Source: Abditibacteriaceae bacterium
GTDB lineage: Bacteria > Armatimonadota > Abditibacteriia > Abditibacteriales > Abditibacteriaceae
NCBI GenBank assembly: GCA_031425655.1
Contig: JANPJS010000010.1
Span: forward strand, 1-23,857
Direction: 5' to 3'
DNA: 23,857 nt
The position numbers and the translations under genes were made by a program. Of the stretch, positions 1 to 9,168 are shown piece after piece. Under the pieces are notes generated by a model. The model saw nothing but the letters and a program-made list of their open reading frames with translations, had not been told where the DNA came from and did no database searches. Position 1 is the first letter of the stretch. Each line of letters opens with the position of its first letter.

Positions 1-2
1 AC

Positions 3-620
3 TGGAATGGGACGCCAAGGATCGCCTGTCCAACAACAAGCATCATATCCGGCAGTAGTCAACAATGGAGACTGCGTGAACCGCACGTATCCTGTTACAT
101 TGCTTGTTGTGTTCCAATTCCAATCTACTGGAGCCGCCGCCGTGTTGGTCACCCTTCCTGTGTCGCATAACATGATCGTGCCTGCCGTGTTAGCGAAATC
201 GGCGATGGCGGCAGGCTGCGTCCACAGGTGCGGCTTGTCGTCAAAAACCGTAGTGGAAGACTGCGACATACGGTAGTTCCAACCGTAGCCAATTCCAACG
301 TTGCTGCGGCTGGGGCAGGTCAGTGACTGCGTGCTGCGCACATAAGGCTGAATAAGATTCGACCATGATCCAACGGTGGTGCCATTGACGTTCGCTGTCA
401 GACTCTCGTCGTAATCCTGAGAATACTGCAGTATTCCCAAAGCCAATTGCTTGAGGTTGTTGGAGCAAGACGACTTGCGCGCATTCTCCCGTGCCCGTGC
501 AAAGACAGGGAACAGGATGGCCGCCAGTAATGCTATGATGGCGATTACAACGAGTAGTTCGATAAGGGTGAACCCTCCGGTGCGGTGCGTTTTAGCAATA
601 CGTTGACTGATGCCAAACAT
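3..620 (-). CDS. DUF1559-type prepilin-like protein (N-terminal cleavage/methylation motif), 3' end beyond window
   Basis: Manual translation from ATG 620 (AGGGGG RBS upstream): [72 protein letters not shown]...[13 protein letters not shown]...YGWNY. Open to the window edge, so it is absent from the ORF track. Confidence 0.93.
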   Translation of the reverse strand, partial: MFGISQRIAKTHRTGGFTLIELLVVIAIIALLAAILFPVFARARENARKSSCSNNLKQLALGILQYSQDYDESLTANVNGTTVGSWSNLIQPYVRSTQSLTCPSRSNVGIGYGWNYRMSQSSTTVFDDKPHLWTQPAAIADFANTAGTIMLCDTGRVTNTAAAPVDWNWNTTSNVTGYVRFTQSPLLTTAGYDACCWTGDPWRPIP

Positions 621-1069
621 TGATGCCCCCTGAAAATAGTCCGCACGAAGCGGGAATTAGAAAAATTATAACTCAAATAAGGAAAAATTAAACAGAGAAA
701 AACCCGTAATGGAAAAACATCATAGGGTTTTGGTTGGTGCAGTCCGCGTATTAGCCGCCGCACACCGGTTTCATACAAGGGGCGTCGCCGCCAAGAGTGC
801 TATGTGGGGTCACCTGCTCAACTTTACGAACTTGCTAAATCATACGGTGGCCATAAGCAATTTCGGCAAACATTTGCGGCAGTCTCCAAAGGCTTCACCT
901 GTTATCCACATGGTCGCATTAGAACGCCCCGTGTGACAGTTTCAAAAGGCTTCCATTCTCTCATTAACCGTCGGGAGCAAGACCTTTCCCCCTTAATCTA
1001 CAAGCTCTTGAAGCAAACAAACGTCAATCAGTTACGATGACTTTTGGCCCGGTCTGCTTAGACGTTACC

Positions 1070-4000
1070 TTATTTTTTGAGCTGAGTCGTAGAGAGCACT
1101 TCTCTGGCGAAATCCGGGCCGTTCCAGCGCAGCGTTAAAGAACCCATGCCGTTGCCCTGACTGTAATCCAAGCGAATGTCGTGGAGGCCGGGCGATAAAG
1201 TGACGGGCTTGCTTTCCTGCGAAGCTGCGGCTTGAATGCGCCACGAATCAATAACCGGCTTGCCGTCAATGTAAAGCCGTCCGCCGTCGTCCAAGCGATC
1301 CATGACGAAGGTGTAATCGCCCTGTTTGGGCACTAAAAGCTTGCCGAAAAAGCGAGCGCTCCAATATTTGGGGCGAATGCCCGGATTCGGCGCTTTGTCG
1401 GCCCAATTGAAATCAATGCTCTCCACTTTAGTCGTCACAAGCGGGCGGCTGAAGCATTCCCACGGAATCGGCTGATTCAAAGTTTCGGGCTTAAATTCGC
1501 CGCCGTCGGCATCCTGGCAATAAGTCACGCGCAAATTCAAAAGCCCGCGTGCAGGCGCGCCGGGTGCCGCTTCAACAGTCGCAACAACCGGAATCGCGGC
1601 CATGAGCGGCTGCGACGCGATTTTTGGTGTTGCCGAAGCCGATTTCAAGAGCGGTTCGATGGTTCTTGCGATGCGATTATCGGCTCCACGCAGCGCGAAC
1701 GAGCGCACAAAATAGCTGGCGCCGGGAGGATTGGCGCCGAATCCGGCCTGATGGTAAATATCGCGCGACAGATTGCCCAAAAAGAGTTCTTCGACGCGAA
1801 TTTCCGTGTCGCTGGGATAAAGCGGTTTGAACAGCGTGGCCAGATCGAGGCTTACCGTATGCCACTGGTCATCGGCGCGCAGGTTTAAGGCGCTTCCCAG
1901 CACTTTGGTGGTTTCCATCTCCATTTCTTTGGCCGGGCCGCTCAAACGGATGCTGTGCATGACACCTTTGGCACGCAGATAAAGATTGACTGCTGCGCCC
2001 TTTTCCAGACGGCAATCGAAGGAAAGTCGAGGCATTTTCAGCACATCGAACGGCTCCAATTCCGGCGCGATGGCGAACGGCCCGCCGCCTTCGAGATTCA
2101 AAGCGCGAACAGCGGGGATTGGCTCCGGCGTTTTCGCAGAAGCCAGAACTTTGGCCGCAACGGGCGCCGATACGGCTTCCAGCCGCAGCGTTGTGTCTTT
2201 GCCGCGCGCAATCCAGCCCAATTTGTCAACGGACGGCAAATTCCAATCGTGGTTATCAACTAACATCGGCACCGGCTCGGCGGCCAACTCTTTTTGATAA
2301 TAAACCGTAGCTCGCGCGATCATGACGCCGTTGCCGCACGTCCACAAGGCCATGCGGCGGCCCATCAAGGGGTCGGGGTCTTTCCACTGCAAGGCCAATT
2401 CTCGATCCACATACAGCGAAAGCAGGCTGCCGGTTTTTTCCACGCGCAAATTGAACCACTTGTGATGCGCTTGCCCTTGATAATCTTTGGGCAGCAGGAA
2501 TTTGGTGGTTTCGGCCACTTGCTGCGTGCCGCGCATAAGGCGAGTCGCCGTGTTGTTCCAGCCGCCGAAAATGAAACTATAACCGCTGGCTAAATCGCGC
2601 CCATCGCCGCCGATGGAAATGTTAATATCGCGCGGATGATTATAGCCGCCGATATCGCGCTTGCAGGCCGCGAAAAGGTCAACTGCGAAGTCGCCGCTAA
2701 AGCTGTGCTTGTTCCAGATGGCGGCGATGCGCTCGCTCCAACCGCCATACCACGACCAAGTCGGCGTGCAATCCCAGCGGTTTGTCATGTCCCATGTGCC
2801 GCCGTTGACATACCAATCGGTCGGCGCGCGATAAAAGGTGTAATCGTAGATATTTCCGCCGGAAACAACCGCATCGCTTGCTGCGATTTGGGCGCCCTGA
2901 ACGGCGTAACCGGCGCGACGGCCATTCAACGCAGACGCGTCTACGAAAGACGCCACCAACTCCGTGCCGATGAAAGCGCGCACCGTTTTTCCCTCGCGCG
3001 TCAACTTGAGAGAAAGGCCGGCATCCGCGCCGATTTTCACGTCGCGCGGCTGGCTCACGATCTTGCCGGCGCGCAGCAGGCTGGCCTGAAACTGGTCTTT
3101 GTCTTTGGCTTTCACTATCAATGTGTAGCCGCTATCGGGCGCTTTTCCATCGGCGCCTAATATCGCTGCAAGGCTGGCGCGATTGGCTTCCACAGCCGTC
3201 GCTTTCAATTCAAGCGCGTGATCGTCGAAAAAAGTGCCCCTGTGCCACGAAATCGTGCCCGCCGCAGTAGTGACCGGCAGCCATTGAGCTTTGGGGCTGG
3301 CCCAGTTTTCCATTGACTGCTCTTTGGTGAATTGGGGCGTAATCGCTTCGCAATAAACGGCTGTATGAGGCGTGGCGGTCGCGGAATCTTCGATGGTGAC
3401 ATCGTCAACGAGCGCGGCTTGTTCGCCGCTGCAAAACAGCCCGGCTTTGCCTTGTCCGAACAAATCAGTGCGCTTTTGCAAAACCTGCTGGCCATCAATG
3501 TTGGCCGTTACAACGCCGCTCCCGGCGCCTAACGACAAGTGATACCACTGATCGGCGCGGTAGCCGCCCGGCGCGGCAGCAATGAGCGTCATTTGGCCGC
3601 GCCAGACGCGCCACAACTGTTTTTGGCGTCCGCGTGAAGCTGTATCGTCTTCAGGCAGCCAGCGAAAGACGAGATAATTCTTAGCATCCTGCCAATAAGC
3701 GATGAGGCCGATTGTGCTTTGCGCTTTTGGGCGCACGGCGGCACTGATGCGATAATCGTCCCAAAACCAGCGTCCGGCGACGGCAATGGCCGGTTGGCCG
3801 TGTCCCGCATAAGTGAAGGCGTTGGCTACTTTGGCCGGATCAGCCGCCGAGCGAATTTTCCACTCGCCGCTGATGGCTTCCCATTGCCCGGCATCGCCGG
3901 CCCCGCGCATGAAATCATCGGAAAATGAGACAGGCTCAACCGGCTGATATTGCGGGCTGGCGATTTCATAGTCGCCGCTTTTTGACGATAGCGCCGTGCC

Positions 4001-4417
4001 GACGCTGAGCGTGCCCAATCCCTGACGGCGCAGCAGCGTGCGTCCATCGAAAATGACGCGCAAATCGCCGTTACGCCATTGCACGACTACGGGAATGCCC
4101 TTTGAATCGTGCGGCGGCAAAGCAGGCTTTATGCTGTCGAGAACGACCGCTTTGCCTTGTTTTTGCGTTGTCAGATTCAGTTCTTCGGCGCTGAAATTTA
4201 ACGTCAGCGGAGCCGCGCCTTTTTTGTAACCAAGCAGCAGCGAAGCCGGTGAATGTCCGGTGGCTTTGGGTTTGGTGCTGCTGGGCTGCAAGGTGCAGCG
4301 AAAGTCGAAATTGGCTTCTAAATCGGCCTCAATTTCGGCGATTTGCGGCGTTTGTGCCCAAATTGGAGCAGGAGAGAGGAAAAGTGCAACGGAAAAAGTA
4401 ATCAGTCGAGAATACAT
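1070..4417 (-). CDS. Large secreted protein with several ConA/LamG-like (DUF1080-like) beta-sandwich segments and a C-terminal PA14 domain
   Basis: 1115 aa. Sec signal ending PIWA. FSDDF..W....GEW and W-rich beta segments with WYHL/WFNLRVEK...LYVD motifs. C-terminal WSARFFGKLLVPKQGDYTF...DDGGRLYIDGKPVIDSW...GLHDIRLDY...LTLRW is typical of PA14. Confidence 0.75.
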   Translation of the reverse strand: MYSRLITFSVALFLSPAPIWAQTPQIAEIEADLEANFDFRCTLQPSSTKPKATGHSPASLLLGYKKGAAPLTLNFSAEELNLTTQKQGKAVVLDSIKPALPPHDSKGIPVVVQWRNGDLRVIFDGRTLLRRQGLGTLSVGTALSSKSGDYEIASPQYQPVEPVSFSDDFMRGAGDAGQWEAISGEWKIRSAADPAKVANAFTYAGHGQPAIAVAGRWFWDDYRISAAVRPKAQSTIGLIAYWQDAKNYLVFRWLPEDDTASRGRQKQLWRVWRGQMTLIAAAPGGYRADQWYHLSLGAGSGVVTANIDGQQVLQKRTDLFGQGKAGLFCSGEQAALVDDVTIEDSATATPHTAVYCEAITPQFTKEQSMENWASPKAQWLPVTTAAGTISWHRGTFFDDHALELKATAVEANRASLAAILGADGKAPDSGYTLIVKAKDKDQFQASLLRAGKIVSQPRDVKIGADAGLSLKLTREGKTVRAFIGTELVASFVDASALNGRRAGYAVQGAQIAASDAVVSGGNIYDYTFYRAPTDWYVNGGTWDMTNRWDCTPTWSWYGGWSERIAAIWNKHSFSGDFAVDLFAACKRDIGGYNHPRDINISIGGDGRDLASGYSFIFGGWNNTATRLMRGTQQVAETTKFLLPKDYQGQAHHKWFNLRVEKTGSLLSLYVDRELALQWKDPDPLMGRRMALWTCGNGVMIARATVYYQKELAAEPVPMLVDNHDWNLPSVDKLGWIARGKDTTLRLEAVSAPVAAKVLASAKTPEPIPAVRALNLEGGGPFAIAPELEPFDVLKMPRLSFDCRLEKGAAVNLYLRAKGVMHSIRLSGPAKEMEMETTKVLGSALNLRADDQWHTVSLDLATLFKPLYPSDTEIRVEELFLGNLSRDIYHQAGFGANPPGASYFVRSFALRGADNRIARTIEPLLKSASATPKIASQPLMAAIPVVATVEAAPGAPARGLLNLRVTYCQDADGGEFKPETLNQPIPWECFSRPLVTTKVESIDFNWADKAPNPGIRPKYWSARFFGKLLVPKQGDYTFVMDRLDDGGRLYIDGKPVIDSWRIQAAASQESKPVTLSPGLHDIRLDYSQGNGMGSLTLRWNGPDFAREVLSTTQLKK

Positions 4418-4496
4418 AAGCGTGGTTTCTTTAGCAACGGATGTCGCAAAGATGAGACCACGCCTTTTGCGTTTTGCGTCACATAAATAGCGCTTG

Positions 4497-4925
4497 TGTC
4501 ACGTTATTTAACCTTACGCAGTGGAGTGTGTTAGGCAGGCAAATTCAAGAAGCGCTGTCATTCTGAGCTTGCGAAGAATCTATTTTGCGGTCCGTTTGGT
4601 AAGAGCAATGGGGGCGCGCAATAGATTCTTCGCAAGCTCAGAATGACTCATCCCCTTGTTGGGTGACCTGCCTATCACATCCCACTGCGTAACATGAGTT
4701 CGGATGAGAAATTACACTTTTTCACCATTTTTTGCCACTCAATTTTTTGCCATCCAATGGCAACGGACTGAATAACTCTTTTTGAGCACAGACTCTTACT
4801 AAGCGGATCGCAAAATAGATTCTTCGCAAGCTCAGAATGACAGCGATTCCTTTGCCTTCCCGTGATTCGCAGGCTAATGGCTGCGCCTATCATAACCCCA
4901 CCGCGTTATATGTCACGTTATTTAA
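4497..4925. repeat. Composite palindromic repeat region (CGTC/TGTC-type REP-like copies, outer inverted repeat, flanking 15-bp direct repeat)
   Basis: GTCATTCTGAGCTTGCGAAGAATCTATT (4557-4584) has inverted copies at 4620-4647 and within 4793-4845. Outer IR 4514-4539/4667-4692 matches 23/26. TGTCACGTTATTTAA occurs at 4497-4511 and 4911-4925. Confidence 0.9.
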
Positions 4926-4989
4926 TTCATTGGGGTTTTTGGCGTTATTTCTCAGCGTGAATCGCTACATAAGCGAGATGGCCCAGAAA

Positions 4990-5031
4990 AGCACAAAGGC
5001 ACAAAGAATCTCTTCTTTGTGCCTTTGTGCT
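4990..5031 (-). terminator. 19-bp perfect hairpin of GCACAAAG units, possible intrinsic terminator of the ABC operon
   Basis: AGCACAAAGGCACAAAGAA-tctc-TTCTTTGTGCCTTTGTGCT lies 13 nt after the stop of the 550-aa gene and is followed by a short T run on the minus strand. Confidence 0.55.
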
Positions 5032-5044
5032 GAAAAAAGCGAAC

Positions 5045-6697
5045 TCAAACCGGCGTTTGCGAGACTTTTTTCACGTAGTCTTCGATTTTAGGCAGCGTGG
5101 GCGGCGCGGCGACGACGGCGCCAAGCTTCCGTGAGTCGGCGACTTGCTTCAATATCTCGTCCGGGATGGTGAACCCGTATTTGTCTTCGTAAACCGTCGA
5201 GCGGCGGCGGGCCTGAAAGTTGAGCGAATCGCGTTCGCGGGCGCGGCACCATTGCTCGTAGGCCATGCGCGCCCACGCTTTTTGGCGCACAGGATCGGTT
5301 TCCTCGTTCATTTTCGCCTCGAAAATCTTCGCCAGCATATGCAGGCCGATTTCCTGCGAAGATTCGCGCTCGTATTCTATTTGCTTTGCGACCTCGGCTT
5401 TGATGGCTTCGGGAGCATCGCCGCGCAAGGCCCAGATTTTTTCCATCACCGGCAAGCCTTGCAAGTGATATTTCGGGTCGCAGTTCATCACGCCGATGAG
5501 CAATTGCGCCGCTTGGTCGAGTTTGCCGGCCTGCCACAAATCCCACGCCGGCTTGTAGCGCGCCGAGATGGAAACAAAAGCGCCGGTCGGCTGGCTGCCC
5601 GCGCCTTTATCTATGGCGCCGGCTTCCACGCGAGCCGCCTGCGCCGCGAGTAAATGCTCCACGTCGGGCACCAGTTGCTTGACTTTGGCTTTGTCTACGG
5701 CATCGCCTTTGTTGTAAACGTCGGCGATGTCGCTGTAAAGGCTGCTGTATTTGGCCCAATAGCGCCCGGCGTCGTTCAGAAGCGCCTTCTTTTGCGGCTG
5801 ATTTTTCAAGCGCAGCAAATCGTCGCTATACATTTCCAAAGCCTTAGCGATGTCGGGCATTCGCTCGTAGGCGTGGCCGATAGTGCGGCCCATGAGGTCA
5901 AGACCTTGAACCGTTGACGACTGCGGTTTGCCGTCCGGGCCGGGCACCATCATTTCCTGATTGCGCGCGTCGCTTTGCTTGCGCGCCTCGCGGTAAAGAT
6001 TAATGGTTTCGTCGTCGTTCAGGCCGGCTTTTTCCAAGCGCGTCCAGCCGAATTTGAACCACAGCAGATATTTTTCGGGGTTCATCTGCGTGCCGCGCGC
6101 GTAATAGTCGAGGCCGGTATTGATGGCGACATCCTGCTTTTCGCGCAGCGCCTTCAAACGCCGTGTTTTTTCTTCGGGCGGCGTTTTTTTGTCAACGGTT
6201 AAGCCGGGCTGCACCGGCAAATCGGCGAAGATGTTATATGACCAGTGCCAGCCGGCGGTGTCCCACGCTTCGAGGAACTGCGGGTCGAGCGTGACCACGG
6301 CTTCCATGATCGGGTTCTGGCGCGTGAGCATTCCTTTGTGCCAGTATTCGTCCGATTTCATCCACAGCAGGTTCGCCACCTGGCTTTTGAAGCCCGAAGC
6401 CAGTCCGGCCAACATCAGCGACGACAGCATCCGAAAATCGAGTTTCGGCGCGCCGAATTTGGTGCCGTCAATCCCGGTCGCGCTGGCGTTGGTCAGACGG
6501 TCGAGCCATTCCAGCGACGGGCCGTAACGCTGCCGGCGCACCACAGTTTTCACTTTGGTCAACTCGTCTTTCGACAGTTGGCCTTCGGGCACAACCGGAC
6601 TCATGGTGCGCATGGCGCGAAGGCCCGGCTGCGCTCCGTTGTAGGCGACAAGCAGCAGAACAGCCGCGCCGCCCAAGAGAATTTTCTTTTGTTCCAT
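5045..6697 (-). CDS. Membrane-anchored helical/TPR-like protein, PilG/XapA-like ABC-associated family
   Basis: 550 aa with an N-terminal hydrophobic anchor. GFKSQVANLLWMKSDEYWH...VVTLDPQFLEAWDTAGWHWSYNI resembles the motifs of ABC-adjacent PilG-like proteins (recognised from memory). AGGGG RBS. Confidence 0.6.
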   Translation of the reverse strand: MEQKKILLGGAAVLLLVAYNGAQPGLRAMRTMSPVVPEGQLSKDELTKVKTVVRRQRYGPSLEWLDRLTNASATGIDGTKFGAPKLDFRMLSSLMLAGLASGFKSQVANLLWMKSDEYWHKGMLTRQNPIMEAVVTLDPQFLEAWDTAGWHWSYNIFADLPVQPGLTVDKKTPPEEKTRRLKALREKQDVAINTGLDYYARGTQMNPEKYLLWFKFGWTRLEKAGLNDDETINLYREARKQSDARNQEMMVPGPDGKPQSSTVQGLDLMGRTIGHAYERMPDIAKALEMYSDDLLRLKNQPQKKALLNDAGRYWAKYSSLYSDIADVYNKGDAVDKAKVKQLVPDVEHLLAAQAARVEAGAIDKGAGSQPTGAFVSISARYKPAWDLWQAGKLDQAAQLLIGVMNCDPKYHLQGLPVMEKIWALRGDAPEAIKAEVAKQIEYERESSQEIGLHMLAKIFEAKMNEETDPVRQKAWARMAYEQWCRARERDSLNFQARRRSTVYEDKYGFTIPDEILKQVADSRKLGAVVAAPPTLPKIEDYVKKVSQTPV

Positions 6698-6711
6698 AAA
6701 GCCCCTGCGGG

Positions 6712-6783
6712 GAATTGGGAGTTTTGAATTGTGAGTTTTGAGTTAAATCCAACTCAAAACTCAAAACTCACAATTCAAAACTC
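6712..6783. repeat. Heptamer-repeat hairpin (GAGTTTT/GAATTGT units)
   Basis: Perfect 26-bp inverted repeat 6719-6744/6758-6783 between the permease and the PilG-like gene. Confidence 0.9.
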
Positions 6784-6784
6784 T

Positions 6785-7882
6785 TTAAAATTCCCGGTCG
6801 CTAAAAATCAGGTAGGCGATGGCCAGCAGCACGGCGACGTAAGTCAGGCCGGAGCCGAACGCTTTCCACATATAGTTGAACGCAACCGGCATATCGTTCA
6901 CCAATCGCTCGCGCACATCGAAGCGGTCGAGGCGCGGCAGCACGAAATACGCGGCTTTGACCAGGCCCTGAATCGGGCCTTTGACGTGTTCAACATGATC
7001 GCCATGCTCATCTTTTTCTGCGCCGGACAAGTGTTCCCAGTAGGACGAGGCCTGCCCGCCGAAGTAGATCACGAAGCAAAACACGATGGCCGTGATGCTG
7101 GACACCACCAGCGAAAGCATCAGCGCGAGGGCCGAAAGCACCGCCAGTTGGCCCATTTGCAGCATCAGGGCGCGCGTGATGTTCGATATATCGAAGATTA
7201 AGCCGGGATGCCCTTCGGCGGATGACATCGCCGCGCCTAAGCCCTTTTCGATGCGGATTTTGAAAATCGCATACGAAATTAAGAACATCAGGCCCATCAG
7301 CGCGAGGTTGACGAAAAGCGTCCAGCACAGGCCGAGAAACTTGCCGATGAGGAATTCTTGCCGCGTGACGGGCTTGGAAAGAATTGTGAAAATCGTGCGC
7401 CGCTCAATTTCGGGCGGCACGAGCGCGACGCCCAAAAAGATCGCCATCAAAATCGTCAGGATGATGATGAAACCTAAGCCAAAGTCGCGCAAAAACTTTT
7501 GCTCTTCGCCCGGCTGCATCCACGTAAAAAACGAGGACAACGCCACGATAACCAGGCCAAAAGCCAGCAACGCCGTCATCCAGCGGCGGCGCAGAGCTTC
7601 CTGAAACGTGGTCAGCGCAATAACGCCGGCTGTGGGCGTGGTCAGCCACGTTAGTCCGAGCAAAACCAGAAAACCGGTGGCGTCGAACACGGTGCGCGTG
7701 TTGGCTTCGGTTTCGCCGCTGGGGCTTTTCCAGCCGATGGTGTAGTAATAAACCGCCATCGCAACGATGACGAGCGAGATGATCGCTTGTCCGATGCGCC
7801 ACGAAGCGGGAATTTCAATGCGCTCGTCGGCGGGACGCGGCGCGGCTGCCATTTGATTCATCGCGGGAGATGAAGCACTCAT
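6785..7882 (-). CDS. ABC-2 type transporter permease (PilI/XapB-like)
   Basis: Multiple TM helices and the motif EIERRTIFTILSKPVTRQEFLIGKFLG, ending FSDREF. Start moved to ATG 7882 because a GGAGA RBS precedes it and the longer start lies inside a repeat. Confidence 0.88.
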   Translation of the reverse strand: MSASSPAMNQMAAAPRPADERIEIPASWRIGQAIISLVIVAMAVYYYTIGWKSPSGETEANTRTVFDATGFLVLLGLTWLTTPTAGVIALTTFQEALRRRWMTALLAFGLVIVALSSFFTWMQPGEEQKFLRDFGLGFIIILTILMAIFLGVALVPPEIERRTIFTILSKPVTRQEFLIGKFLGLCWTLFVNLALMGLMFLISYAIFKIRIEKGLGAAMSSAEGHPGLIFDISNITRALMLQMGQLAVLSALALMLSLVVSSITAIVFCFVIYFGGQASSYWEHLSGAEKDEHGDHVEHVKGPIQGLVKAAYFVLPRLDRFDVRERLVNDMPVAFNYMWKAFGSGLTYVAVLLAIAYLIFSDREF

Positions 7883-7891
7883 TATTTCTCC

Positions 7892-7957
7892 AGTGTAGAG
7901 TGCCAAGTGCGGAGTGCGGAATTTTCACTCCGCACTCCACATTCCGCACTCCGCATT
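7892..7957. repeat. Heptamer-repeat hairpin (AGTGCGG/ACTCCGC units)
   Basis: Four degenerate units per arm, with a perfect 15-bp IR 7908-7922/7941-7955 between the ATPase and the permease. Confidence 0.88.
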
Positions 7958-7958
7958 A

Positions 7959-9005
7959 TTATCGTCCGTCGCTTTTCACGCTGCGGATAAAAACGTCTTC
8001 AAGGGTTTCGCTGTAGCCTTTAACGTCCACGGTGCGCGCTTTGGCATCGCGCACGAAGGTTAAAAGTTCGTCCAACTGCTCGGAACTGTTGACATGAAAG
8101 GCTACGTTGCCGTCCGATTGGCGGTCGTAGCGATAGCCTTTTTGGCCGGCTTCGGCCAATGTGCCGTCGCTGACGCCTGCCGCGAAGACCTCGAAGCGTT
8201 GGCTGGGGCCGACCAATTCCGGGACGGTGCCGAATTTCATCAATTGGCCTTCGGAAATGATGGCCACGCGGTCGCAAACGGCCTGCACGTCGGCCAGCAA
8301 ATGCGAGCAAAGCAAAACTGTTTTGCCCATCGCTCGCACGTTCAGAATGGTGTCCTTCATCTGCCGCGCGCCGATAGGATCGAGGCCGGTCGTCGGCTCA
8401 TCCAAAAAGAGCAGTTCCGGGTCGTTGAGCAGCGCCTGCGCTAAGCCGACGCGCTGCATCATGCCTTTGGAATACGTGCGAATCGGACGCTTGCGGTCGG
8501 CTTTATTCAGCGCCACCAAATCGAGCATTTGCTCGGAGCGGCGCGCCCGTTCTTCGGCGGAATAAGCGAAAAGGCGCCCGTAAAAATCGAGGACTTCGTA
8601 AGAATTCAGGTAATCGTAGAAATACGGGCCGTCCGGCAAAAAGCCGATCCGTTTTTTCACGGCCACATCGTCCGGCCCGCGCCCGAAAACGCTGACTTGT
8701 CCCGAAGTCGGCTTAATCAAGCCGAGCAGCAGTTTCAGCGTGGTGGTTTTGCCCGAACCGTTTGGCCCGACTAATCCGAAAATCTCGCCCTGACGCACAT
8801 CTATCGTCAAACCTTGCAACGCGGTTTTGCCTTCCCGCGTGAACGGAGCGCGGTAAACCTTCCGCAAATCGGTGGTTTGAATGATAATTTCGCCCGCGCC
8901 GTCGCGCGGCGGTTGGCTTTCTGCATTCATATTTGGTGCGGCGCCGTTCATCGCGCTGTTAATGGCGGTGTCGTTTGCGACGGTCGTGGTTTCTGCTGTT
9001 GGCAT
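7959..9005 (-). CDS. ABC transporter ATP-binding protein (ABC-2/PilH-like)
   Basis: Walker A GPNGSGKT, signature YSKGMMQR, Walker B LFLDEPT, H-loop SH, C-terminal LEDVF. AGGGAG RBS. Confidence 0.95.
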   Translation of the reverse strand: MPTAETTTVANDTAINSAMNGAAPNMNAESQPPRDGAGEIIIQTTDLRKVYRAPFTREGKTALQGLTIDVRQGEIFGLVGPNGSGKTTTLKLLLGLIKPTSGQVSVFGRGPDDVAVKKRIGFLPDGPYFYDYLNSYEVLDFYGRLFAYSAEERARRSEQMLDLVALNKADRKRPIRTYSKGMMQRVGLAQALLNDPELLFLDEPTTGLDPIGARQMKDTILNVRAMGKTVLLCSHLLADVQAVCDRVAIISEGQLMKFGTVPELVGPSQRFEVFAAGVSDGTLAEAGQKGYRYDRQSDGNVAFHVNSSEQLDELLTFVRDAKARTVDVKGYSETLEDVFIRSVKSDGR

Positions 9006-9168
9006 CGCCTGTCTCCCTTTTGATAATCCTCAATCAACAATGAGGAACTGGTATCCCAAATTTGCCCAAATCGGTGCGATTCTAAACATATTTTCCGATT
9101 TTGGGGATGAATGGGAAGCGCCGCATAGTATACGCGGTGTTCTTTAAATCGTTCCTAAGCCGCGTATA

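Noticed and set aside
902..910. Perfect DnaA box TTATCCACA as a sign of oriC
   Set aside because: It is a single box with no cluster and no dnaA/dnaN context. One 9-mer is compatible with chance.
709..1040. Short ORFs in the 621-1069 spacer
   Set aside because: They overlap one another and show no clear RBS or recognisable protein features.
4440..4512. c-di-GMP-I riboswitch suggested by GACGCAAA on the minus strand
   Set aside because: The upstream GGCAAA element and GNRA-capped stem are absent.
4557..4845. Repeats as a CRISPR array
   Set aside because: The copies are inverted and irregularly spaced, and no cas genes are present.
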